Virus record (IMG/VR): IMGVR_UViG_3300044858_005176
Location: 2,131 to 66,130 of that record
Direction: 5' to 3' (one strand)
Source: a virus
Lineage: Duplodnaviria > Caudoviricetes
Length of the DNA stretch: 64,000 bases
Part shown: one piece after another, positions 37,301 through 45,378 of the stretch
How the letters are laid out: the number at the start of each line of letters is the position of its first letter
Numbering within the stretch: position 1 is the stretch's first letter
The notes under the pieces: model-generated
What the model saw: the letters and a program-made list of their open reading frames with translations, nothing else
Databases searched by the model: none
Told to the model about the DNA's origin: nothing
Translations under genes and position numbers: made by a program

Positions 37301-37648
37301 GCCAAAAAGGAAGCGGATGCGCTTGAAGACAAAAAGGCCAAGCAGGCTCGCGTTGCGGAACTCGGCGCGTCAGGGATTACTGATACCGACACGGCGAACA
37401 AGATCGCCGACATCGAGGTTAAGCGCAATCGCCTCACCAAGGACATCCAAGAGCAGGGAAATGTGCCGGTGAGTTCCATGGCTCGTATCGGCGGTGCGGC
37501 TGGATTTGCCGGGATGGTGAACACCGATCAAGAAAAGAACAGGAGACTGGAGGAACTCAATAAGGAACAGAATAAAATCATTAGCAAGATGGAGCAAACG
37601 ATGAAGGATTCCTACAATTTGGCCGTGAGGCTTGCTGGGAACGACTAA
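34301..37648 (+). CDS. Tail tape measure protein
   Basis: 1115 aa Ala-rich helical, PFDLPSL, TM segments, C-terminal SSMARIGG. Confidence 0.85.
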   Translation: MAQQRNINPPSAAWGTFKALVGDVVGPMAVLGIAAQKITSSIAQSALNAQKLKEAITASAGAETLRKQFEGLGMSAAQASIKVAALAKVAAEGPFDLPSLGAAAKNLQVVGGAALNTSANLRKVADMAAAAGTPIDTMATAYAKLMASLKGGGGAEAAAQMAGLGAISAETAQKIADLTASGASFSEKMAVISSDLKQSAGAAKALDGTLAGLQAKLAALQSANALEIGDMFLEGEKAATRAQIAFEKLKGSIDKIASSQVAALSGAFNSLKESVAEFLSSSSSVAVIGTTLQAVFAAAAGVLAATIVALGGLAATLLRMGASAFTAAGGMNALSAATRAWTGLGMGALGGITAIITALILFGGRALQTARELDVLIQKNKELADAGNATSSKLEAKIPKVRGGTVEDKQVAMEEADASVAAAEERVSNAKKARAQEDQNDTGWNRIKTLDFFGVMANQRQISAEGEVGLAQNDLNRKKNARSEIASITRLGMSREDLQKQFARNDLTENIRNSAFDRLQASADPEAAARMASDELARATKKDDANQIASKASFEERQRINDSRGKVTTAEGAQAKDTALTELASLTTTTESGGLQKQIDYRKALVMEQGDVKSEGDAAQKELEARKKEKNAVIDKYSGNGVQYGEGKERLDAANAEIEAARKKVAEIDARKQNVAARSGGLDLSGEAIQKLEIERDAALKKEDPNKSTAEKEEARIKKQAADEAVAAQRRSIATQRERANLESNLAGLSDTGANEEFKIKAESDQQRTNDQRALVAAQNVAAKDAEYSAARGTPQEEQKRQELEAARTQAAEAGVNGRGVAEIQAQLDIQKQIVATKLQAAKVAEAGAKAEYDAAMRRLNVEQQISQLKIAQAKSKMDGSDFKGKTESKIKMEASEKELSTQEKALKASQARDAAEAAVNADPSEANKKSLDAANQAAAAAGVGNRRTRDVEGDVTAAKKDLADKNSQEAAVLSDTRDSLKIQSLRATENYGPGSQREAAKKEADALEDKKAKQARVAELGASGITDTDTANKIADIEVKRNRLTKDIQEQGNVPVSSMARIGGAAGFAGMVNTDQEKNRRLEELNKEQNKIISKMEQTMKDSYNLAVRLAGND

Positions 37649-37649
37649 T

Positions 37650-38429
37650 ATGCAACTGTTCAGCACTAATTCAGGCCAGATTGATGGAAACGAGGGTTAC
37701 ATCAAGCAGTATGTAAGCCGTGACTCAAAAAAACGGCTCTTTAGGGAAACCGTGATCACAAGGATCTACCTGGCACGATCTCAGTTCCCTGCAATCACGT
37801 CAGATATTCCATGGCCATCGTATCCGGCAGGACTATCGGGAATCATGGCAACGCATGAAAATGGGATTTATCGTGTTGATTACACGTTTCAGACCACGCC
37901 TAACCAGGCGGGATCCCAAATGTCGAATGAATTCTCGGCCATCACTGGGTCAAATGAAACGTATGAGTTGATGGGTTCCCTTACTCAAGAGCCCATCACT
38001 TCCCATCCGAAAATCGGCACAATGCTGAATCTTTACGCCAAGCCCGGTAGGGTGAAAGATGGAAAGGTCTTGTGGAAAGAGACATTGCCAAACGGAGGTA
38101 CTAACGGAACCGATCGGGATGGAAATGCTATCACCAACGCCAACCCATTCGCCAATGTCGATTCCTACCTGGAAGTAGGGGCGACCTTCTCCGCATCTAA
38201 AACAGTAAATTACCGAGGATTGAACCTAAACTTGCATAATGTAGGAAAGATTGCCGCATCATCAATTATCGGAACATTGCCTCCTGCTCCTGAGGGTGAT
38301 GGCAGGAATTGGCTCTATGCAGGATGCTCCATGCAGCAGAGGGGCTATGCCTATACCTACACAGTAAAATATCTACTCTCTGGCCCGGGGGGGTGGAACC
38401 GAGACATCTACGGGTTTCAGGAGCAATAA
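37650..38429 (+). CDS. Distal tail/hub protein A
   Basis: After tape measure; EPITSHPKI, GTDRDGN..NP; paralog of next gene. Confidence 0.55.
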   Translation: MQLFSTNSGQIDGNEGYIKQYVSRDSKKRLFRETVITRIYLARSQFPAITSDIPWPSYPAGLSGIMATHENGIYRVDYTFQTTPNQAGSQMSNEFSAITGSNETYELMGSLTQEPITSHPKIGTMLNLYAKPGRVKDGKVLWKETLPNGGTNGTDRDGNAITNANPFANVDSYLEVGATFSASKTVNYRGLNLNLHNVGKIAASSIIGTLPPAPEGDGRNWLYAGCSMQQRGYAYTYTVKYLLSGPGGWNRDIYGFQEQ

Positions 38430-38434
38430 GTCAC

Positions 38435-39196
38435 ATGAGCATTCCATCAAAAACGATTGGATCACTTCCAGTAGGGCGCGTCCATAGCGTCTCCTATACC
38501 AAGGGGAAATGGACATGCACGATTGCAAGGGATGGGTTTCAAAATCAATTCAACGAAGATGAGGTTTCGTTGCCTTCAGTGGGTCAATACCGCTGGGTTC
38601 CCGTGCGGAGTGAAATGGAAGACTTGGGTGAGGGGGTATCTACTCGCTATGACATCTATGAAAGTGGGTCTGATTTCGTTACTGGTGGACCGGCCTCTGC
38701 GGAATGGGGAGTAGCGGCCAGAGAGACATGGGGAATGTCAGTCTCACTAAACCTGATGCCGCTCTCCATGCATAAAAAAATAAGTTATCTCAAAAATACC
38801 TACAAGGGGAGGCTTCAGGATGGGGAATGGATCTGGCCGGAATACGATCCCACCGGCAGGAGTAGCCGCAGCGGAACGGACAGGGCTGGGAATTTCATTG
38901 TCGGGATCAATCCCATGTATGGCGTGCAGGAGTTTTTAAGCCCAACATGTTCCCTTACCAAAACAAAGGTATTGCCGGGGGCTTATATGGAACTGGGTGG
39001 GGGCTTGGGGCAAATCCAGGATCCTCCTGAATCGGCTCCCGTTTCACTCCCGCGTGGAAGGGCTGGGTCAGGTGCCTCTGAGCACCAGTATTGGCTCAAG
39101 TCGGCAGATGCCGTTTCCATCCACGGCAATGATCATGAAATTACCGAGACGTGGGATTTTTCTCCCCATGGGTGGAATAGTTTCATCTACAGCTAA
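38435..39196 (+). CDS. Distal tail/hub protein B
   Basis: MPLSMHKKI, GTDRAGN..NP. Confidence 0.55.
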   Translation: MSIPSKTIGSLPVGRVHSVSYTKGKWTCTIARDGFQNQFNEDEVSLPSVGQYRWVPVRSEMEDLGEGVSTRYDIYESGSDFVTGGPASAEWGVAARETWGMSVSLNLMPLSMHKKISYLKNTYKGRLQDGEWIWPEYDPTGRSSRSGTDRAGNFIVGINPMYGVQEFLSPTCSLTKTKVLPGAYMELGGGLGQIQDPPESAPVSLPRGRAGSGASEHQYWLKSADAVSIHGNDHEITETWDFSPHGWNSFIYS

Positions 39197-39197
39197 A

Positions 39198-39686
39198 ATG
39201 ATCGTCCTAGCCTACAAGAAAAATAAACCGGAACCGCTTATTCGGCCCGACTCAACGCGTACTCCGAGGCGGTCCTTTCGTGGCGCTTTTTATACGGAAG
39301 GGTTTCTTGATCGAAACGAGTTCCGTTGCAAGATTGACCGGGGGTTTGTGAATGGTATCGAGCCGATGATCGGTAATAAAAAAATATCAGATGAGGGTGC
39401 TGTTTTTCAATATCCGATCTCTTTTGATGCCTACGAGCGCGCTTATATCGGGGTAATCATCAAATTGAAGCCCAATGGAGCTATGATGGCCACCAACCAA
39501 GCGTCGGCCCAAAACAATCTCATCATCGGCCTGCAAGCAAGTATCTTTCCTCCTGCCAACGCGCACTTTCATCCGGTTGCAATCTGGCACAAAACGCATG
39601 GGCTCCACCAGCTTGTCTACCATGATCTGCTCCATATCTCCATCAAGCAGTTCGGGAAACCCCGCAGCCTCATCTTTGCCTCATGA
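39198..39686 (+). CDS. Tail tip protein A
   Basis: GFVNGIEP; paralog of next gene. Confidence 0.5.
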   Translation: MIVLAYKKNKPEPLIRPDSTRTPRRSFRGAFYTEGFLDRNEFRCKIDRGFVNGIEPMIGNKKISDEGAVFQYPISFDAYERAYIGVIIKLKPNGAMMATNQASAQNNLIIGLQASIFPPANAHFHPVAIWHKTHGLHQLVYHDLLHISIKQFGKPRSLIFAS

Positions 39687-40729
39687 TCATCCTTATTCCT
39701 GAACGGAAGAAAGAAAAACTGAAGAAGCCCCCCATCAAGACTCCTTCGGCCCTCACCGGCCATGCATGGGAGACGGGGGTTTTATTCAAGGACGGGGCAT
39801 GGCATTTCTCTGTGGCACCCGGGTTTGTCAATGGCATTGATCCGAGGGTTCCGCGCGCCGAGGATGATGTTCGTGCAACTGCCAGGAATGGAACCGCTCA
39901 GGCCATCAATCCACGATACAACCGAACGGGAAGGCTTATTGAGGGGGCTGAAATTGGCCTTCTCGAAAACCCTGTTATCAAAATCAAGTCTAGTGATGTA
40001 AGGGATCCTAGGGATCCCTATGCTTCTGGGGGCGCTCTCAAAAAGGAAAAAATCCCACAGTTTTTCTATGCAATAGGTCTTCGCAGGGAAACGGCGCTTA
40101 ATGTTGGTTCCAGTAATTTCGACTCCATTAGAATCAACTTGGATGATTTGACCGATTCTGGAAATGGGCCTAGTATTGTCAAATGCGATGTATGGATCGC
40201 CATGGCGCGCGCCACAACCAAACTTAGTGTGGACTTGCCAGGCAACTTGGTCACGGGCCAGATCGTGGACTACAGCGTGGGGTACAATACGGACAACTTG
40301 GCGGCCAAGGGGGAGCGCGCACGACTATTGTTTGGACCAATCCTTCCGGAGGATTCGTCGCCACCTACATTCGAGGAGCGCTTGGCAGGGTCCTTTGGGG
40401 ACGTAGGCGAGGATAGAATCCTTGTCTCAACCATCTACTGGCTATCACCGGCCACGGGCGGTACGTCGTTTACTGAAGAGGAGGATGGCATCCCCAAGTG
40501 GACGCCGTTCATCAAGCACAACCTCTTTTACAACCTCTGCTACAAGCAGAAGAATCTGGTTCCGCGAAACGTGACCGACCCTGGCCTTGATCCCTTCCTG
40601 GCATGGTTCGTAGGTCGCTACACTTTTGTTCCAGCGGGAACAATGGGGTCGATCGCGGCTGAGGGGGATCGTATTATCTCCGCCCTCTGGAATGATACTG
40701 ACGGGAGGGGGGACTTCTGGACAGCATGA
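39683..40729 (+). CDS. Tail tip protein B
   Basis: GFVNGIDP. Confidence 0.5.
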   Translation: MIILIPERKKEKLKKPPIKTPSALTGHAWETGVLFKDGAWHFSVAPGFVNGIDPRVPRAEDDVRATARNGTAQAINPRYNRTGRLIEGAEIGLLENPVIKIKSSDVRDPRDPYASGGALKKEKIPQFFYAIGLRRETALNVGSSNFDSIRINLDDLTDSGNGPSIVKCDVWIAMARATTKLSVDLPGNLVTGQIVDYSVGYNTDNLAAKGERARLLFGPILPEDSSPPTFEERLAGSFGDVGEDRILVSTIYWLSPATGGTSFTEEEDGIPKWTPFIKHNLFYNLCYKQKNLVPRNVTDPGLDPFLAWFVGRYTFVPAGTMGSIAAEGDRIISALWNDTDGRGDFWTA

Positions 40730-40926
40730 GTGCCGTCGATCAATACGGGGCAAATAAAATAGCCCGCGCTCGAGGGCGCCTCGCGGAGGAAGGGGCTGTG
40801 AGTGCCGTTCCATTACTTGATCCCCTGTTTCCTTACACGGTCGTGGCTCCACCAATCCAATACTTCAGGCAATTTGTCAGGGATGATGATCCTCCTACCG
40901 ACGATTTGCCGCCTATGGGGTGGTAG
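40726..40926 (+). CDS. Small tail-region protein
   Basis: ATGA overlap. Confidence 0.5.
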   Translation: MSAVDQYGANKIARARGRLAEEGAVSAVPLLDPLFPYTVVAPPIQYFRQFVRDDDPPTDDLPPMGW

Positions 40927-40949
40927 TTGACGCCGACCGATAGGGCATG
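40926..40949 (+). promoter_or_regulatory. GTTGAC-N15-ATG element
   Basis: Precedes ATG 40947. Confidence 0.65.
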
Positions 40950-43556
40950 CCATCCCCATCGGTTATTTACTGCGATCTAAAGAACGGGAAGGCCGCGTCT
41001 ACTGTCTCGGGAACCCAAATCACATGGCCGACTTTTATCGCTGGAGGAAACCTGAGTTATGCGCTGCGGTTTTTGGAGAGCGACGCGGCGCTTGGCTTCC
41101 TCGAAAAGGATCAGGATGTCGCCTCGATCCGTGTCGCCTTGGGGTATAAGCAGCAATACCCTACCTCGGGACGATTCAAGATCCGGGTAGGAAGCAACCA
41201 ACTCACTCCCTTCCTGGATTACTCCTGCGGACCGCGCGAAATCAAAGCGGCGCTGGATTCCCTCTCCCCTAGCGACCCGTTCATTGTTGAGTCCGTCGGA
41301 AAATCCTTTCTGATCCGCAAGCAATCCGGTGGGGCCGTCACCCTGTCCGCCGCCTCCAACACGCTTTATCCATTCTGTTTCGTCGCCTTTGACGGATCAC
41401 TGATCAACGGGTCATGGGTTTACCGGATGGTTTTTCGGATCGCTCCGCTCGCTTTCACTGATCTTCCCTATCAATCGCTTCCCGATTCCCCGTCCTCTTC
41501 AGTGATTCAGAACGGAGGAATCGATCCGTCAGGAACAGTTGTTTGGAACACGATCCAAAAACTCTATATCCCACCGACATTTCGAGGAACCTTTCAGCTT
41601 CAAAGGGGACTCTCTCGCACGGCCCTCCTAGACATCACGGACGGGGCCGCTCAGGTAGCAACGGCGCTTAATGATATTCTCAAGGTTGAAGTAGATCCAT
41701 TTGGAAAGAAAGCTGAAGTGGCAGTCACTAATCCCACCTCATTTGTCCTCCATATCGAGTTCAAGGGGGCTCTTGCGGGGGTGGATGTTCCCGTCTTGGG
41801 GGTCAATGTCTATTCGGCACCTCCTGGGGATTGGGGATTCAATCTCAATCTCGATACTCCGGAACTTCGGTCCGCGCTGTCCGACACTCAGGCCCTGCAG
41901 CTCCAATTCGAGGCGGAAGCCGATTTCTTCACCTCCAGGCCGATTCAAGGTCAGCCGCTCCCTCCCACAATACGCAGGAAGCTCTGGAGCGATACCGTCA
42001 CCATCACGCGCCCCCTGATCTTCAGCGAGTTCTCCACTACGGGGATGATCGACTGGCTGAGGCCGCCATCGGGTAGGGATTACATCCCATTCACTCCGGA
42101 TCAGGTCATCACGGGCCAGCAAAATTACACCGCAGTGATCGGAGATGGCGCGGCCACGACGTTTGCTATCCCTCATCACTTGGACTCGGATGATCTGGCG
42201 GCGGTTTCTGTGAGAGAGAATCGTGCGGGGGGTAAGCTGCTTTCCCCGTCTTCCTATGAGGTGACAATCTTGGACGCGGGATCGGTGGAATTGGAATTCG
42301 CAACTCCACCACTGCCCAATTCACTTTCTGTCACGATCCTTGCGGCTGGGCCAAAAAGCGCTTTCCAAACCCACACTCATACGATCCAGCAGATCGTGAC
42401 CCTTGACGACACGCTCACGCGGATCAGCGAGCGCCTCGCCTACATCGAATCACTCATCCCGAAGTCCTCGACCATCGTGAGTGTCTCCACCACCATGCCG
42501 GATCAAAAAAACGTCCTGCCACCCTTTGGAGAACTCCTCCCCGATCTGTCACTCGAGAACACGACGGTCTCGATTGCTTCCCAGATTGTTTCAGCGCCAT
42601 CTTCCGGTGGTACTACGCCACCGCCCGTGGTTATCCCGGGAACAGACCTTCAGGAACAAAACCAGAAGGCTGCCGCCGAATTGGAAAAAATCAAAGCTCA
42701 GATCGAGGCCGCCAAGCAGGCCGCCCTGGATGCGGCAGCGGCGGCAAAGGAGCAGGCTCTCAAAACCGCCACCGTGGCTGCAAAACAAGACTCCACCTTG
42801 CTTACTACACTCTCCATTCCCTTCATCGGAACTACCGCAGATCCCAAAATATGGCCCGTTACCCGATCGGGATCGAAGCCTCCTCGTCTTCCACGCGCGA
42901 TACAGGGAACTCCCGTCAATACCGCATCCCTTCCTGCGGGGGCCGGAGTTTACAGGGCCACCGCCCCCATCACGCTCCCCCCTGCACCAGGTCGGAAAAC
43001 CGCGCTGGTTCCCGTCAATGGGGTCTTCGCGTCAGACGGGACGATCTACTATCGGGCCACTCAATGGAAATCGGGAGGATGGTATGCCTCGGACATGGAT
43101 CGGGAACTCTATCGCACGCTGATTTCTGAAAGCTCCTTCCCAAGCGAATCCACCCTCTCGGCCTCGCTTGAGACCAACACTGCGCTGATCACTTCTGGAT
43201 TTGACGCGCTGGGGGTCTCCTACGGCTGTGAATATATCCTGCAAGTCCTGGCCATTCCGCTCGCCGCTCAAGATCCCGGGGTGGGGGCAGCCGCCTCTGC
43301 GGCCGTCATCCTTGAGACGCCTCTCACTTTCTCGATGGCCTCGGAAAAACGCCAGTTCACGATCACGATGAAGCGCAATGGATCCAAATCCACCGCAATG
43401 GTCTACGGGGCTTCGGTCGAGGGTGATCCGGTTCCTCAGGGGGATTTCACCCTGTCGGTTAGGCTCACGGCGTTCGACATCGACGACTCCTCGGCCAATC
43501 CGACCGGCAAGGTCTCGCTCTGGATGCCAGCCTCCCAAATCACCATCATCCGCTGA
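40947..43556 (+). CDS. Tail fibre/baseplate adaptor protein
   Basis: IGDGAATTFAIPHHL domain, HTHTIQQI fibre motif, coiled coil. Confidence 0.65.
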   Translation: MPSPSVIYCDLKNGKAASTVSGTQITWPTFIAGGNLSYALRFLESDAALGFLEKDQDVASIRVALGYKQQYPTSGRFKIRVGSNQLTPFLDYSCGPREIKAALDSLSPSDPFIVESVGKSFLIRKQSGGAVTLSAASNTLYPFCFVAFDGSLINGSWVYRMVFRIAPLAFTDLPYQSLPDSPSSSVIQNGGIDPSGTVVWNTIQKLYIPPTFRGTFQLQRGLSRTALLDITDGAAQVATALNDILKVEVDPFGKKAEVAVTNPTSFVLHIEFKGALAGVDVPVLGVNVYSAPPGDWGFNLNLDTPELRSALSDTQALQLQFEAEADFFTSRPIQGQPLPPTIRRKLWSDTVTITRPLIFSEFSTTGMIDWLRPPSGRDYIPFTPDQVITGQQNYTAVIGDGAATTFAIPHHLDSDDLAAVSVRENRAGGKLLSPSSYEVTILDAGSVELEFATPPLPNSLSVTILAAGPKSAFQTHTHTIQQIVTLDDTLTRISERLAYIESLIPKSSTIVSVSTTMPDQKNVLPPFGELLPDLSLENTTVSIASQIVSAPSSGGTTPPPVVIPGTDLQEQNQKAAAELEKIKAQIEAAKQAALDAAAAAKEQALKTATVAAKQDSTLLTTLSIPFIGTTADPKIWPVTRSGSKPPRLPRAIQGTPVNTASLPAGAGVYRATAPITLPPAPGRKTALVPVNGVFASDGTIYYRATQWKSGGWYASDMDRELYRTLISESSFPSESTLSASLETNTALITSGFDALGVSYGCEYILQVLAIPLAAQDPGVGAAASAAVILETPLTFSMASEKRQFTITMKRNGSKSTAMVYGASVEGDPVPQGDFTLSVRLTAFDIDDSSANPTGKVSLWMPASQITIIR

Positions 43557-43560
43557 CGCC

Positions 43561-44559
43561 ATGCTTATCTCCACGCTCGATAAAATCGACCAGCTTCCCC
43601 AGCCTGCCCTCGGCCTGCTGGGTGCGGTTCATACGGCCACCGTGACCAACCTGAGCGGGGTGCTGGTCAATGGGGATTTCCCGCCTGCTTCTTCGACCAA
43701 GGGACAGGTTTTCCTCAACAATGTGACCACTCCACTCTCCATTCCGGCAGGGGGGAACTATCCCGCCAGGGCGCTGAATCAAGGGGATCATGTGGCCTCG
43801 AACGGAACGCTCTACTACAAGGTGGTCAATAAGCGCTCGATCACGCGCCAAATCACTTCCGTTTCCAATGGCGTCTTTACCACGGCGATGGATTCTCCGC
43901 TTCTTGAGGATGGCCTCGTGGTTACTCCCGAGGGATTTTCATCTCCTCAGGGGTTCTCGAACGGCACCGAGTATGCCATCTCCTATTCTGGAGAAAATAC
44001 ATTCAGCCTTCGTGGTCAAGGTGCTGCCATCCTGCCTGCGTCGGCTTCCATCGCGGGTTGGATCCATTCCAAGAAAACCAACTCATTCTACCCTGCGGCA
44101 TTTGAGAGGACTGCCTATTCGGTCAGCTTTACCCCTCAGAGCCTGGCCATCGGATCCTCATTTACTCTGACGAAAGCCTTCACGTTCCGAGCCATCGGAG
44201 CGTCCACCGCAGCAGTGTATTCGGTGATCTTCGAGTTCGGAGTCAGGCGCAATACCACCTCCCCCGCGCCCGTGGGGTCGAACATCGCTGGATATGACTT
44301 CCTGCCTCCTGCCCTTGAGCAGGAAGTCGTGCTGACTGATGTGACTTCCCGCCATACCCTCGGCATTCAGTTTGTCAAAACACCCTCCGGGATGAATGGC
44401 CAGAGACTGATTTACTCCAAGAGCTTGGCGCTGATACCGGGTACCTATCCGGTGGATACCGAGGACTTCATCCTGAGGATCAGGATCGGCCAGTTCGACA
44501 TCCAGGAGGATACCGACACTCAAGGCTATGTCGGGTATCTCATTCAGGATCCTTCGTAA
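43561..44559 (+). CDS. Tail protein paralogous to C-terminus of the previous gene
   Basis: ASNGTLYY, FYPAAFERTAY, DFILRIRIGQFDI. Confidence 0.6.
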   Translation: MLISTLDKIDQLPQPALGLLGAVHTATVTNLSGVLVNGDFPPASSTKGQVFLNNVTTPLSIPAGGNYPARALNQGDHVASNGTLYYKVVNKRSITRQITSVSNGVFTTAMDSPLLEDGLVVTPEGFSSPQGFSNGTEYAISYSGENTFSLRGQGAAILPASASIAGWIHSKKTNSFYPAAFERTAYSVSFTPQSLAIGSSFTLTKAFTFRAIGASTAAVYSVIFEFGVRRNTTSPAPVGSNIAGYDFLPPALEQEVVLTDVTSRHTLGIQFVKTPSGMNGQRLIYSKSLALIPGTYPVDTEDFILRIRIGQFDIQEDTDTQGYVGYLIQDPS

Positions 44560-44561
44560 TC

Positions 44562-44585
44562 GTTGACGGGAAGGGGATGGGTATG
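44562..44585 (+). promoter_or_regulatory. GTTGAC-N15-ATG element
   Basis: Precedes ATG 44583. Confidence 0.65.
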
Positions 44586-45374
44586 CCCGTTCCTGTCATC
44601 AATAAAACTCAAAGCGCCTTGACCTTCGGGTTGGGCCAGCCGTTTTCGTTCAGCTTTTCAGCCACGAACTCTCCGACCGAGTGGGCCATATTGCCCGAGG
44701 AAGTCATTCCTCATGGGTTCGTATTTAACACCAAAACGGGCGTTCTCTCAGGATCGGGGCAGATGCCTGGAATATGGATCATCACCCTGACTGCCAGCAA
44801 TGGGGATGGAGATAGTGTGTCAGAAGTATTTACCATTGGTGTGTTTGATACCGCTGGGCGCAAGGAGATATTCAAGAGTGTCAGCATCAACACGGATACC
44901 TGGGTAGCTACTTTTCCCGATCCTGCTACGGCGCGCGCGGCTGATGTCGTTCGAGGGCTGGTTGCTCTTGAGGCCTCCGCTACTCAGGCCAGGTATGGGG
45001 ATGATCTTCTCTTGAAGATCACTTTCACATCCGGTGGATCCGAGGCCCAGCTCCCTCTCGTCGGTGCGAGATTTGCCATGAAGGGGATGGATACCGAAGC
45101 GCCATTCCTGACCACATCGGAGGGGTCGTTCCGAAGGACCAGCTCGATTGCAGCAGGGCAGTTCATTCAGAACTATTGGCTCCATGTCTCGATGGAGAAT
45201 CCTGCTCTTTCGGATTTCCTAATGGATTATGAAAACGACATCACCACGGAAGTCAATGTGAGCTGCGAGCTGGAAATGATGTTTGAACGTCCAGAGACGG
45301 CGGCCGGGCCTCTCCTCCAAAAAGTGACCACTGTGCCATTCCTGATGAGGGTGAGGCGCGATTCCGTGAGGTAG
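44583..45374 (+). CDS. Tail protein with cadherin/He_PIG-like Ig domain
   Basis: PHGFVFNTKTGVLSG....G...ITLTASN. Confidence 0.65.
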   Translation: MPVPVINKTQSALTFGLGQPFSFSFSATNSPTEWAILPEEVIPHGFVFNTKTGVLSGSGQMPGIWIITLTASNGDGDSVSEVFTIGVFDTAGRKEIFKSVSINTDTWVATFPDPATARAADVVRGLVALEASATQARYGDDLLLKITFTSGGSEAQLPLVGARFAMKGMDTEAPFLTTSEGSFRRTSSIAAGQFIQNYWLHVSMENPALSDFLMDYENDITTEVNVSCELEMMFERPETAAGPLLQKVTTVPFLMRVRRDSVR

Positions 45375-45378
45375 GTTT

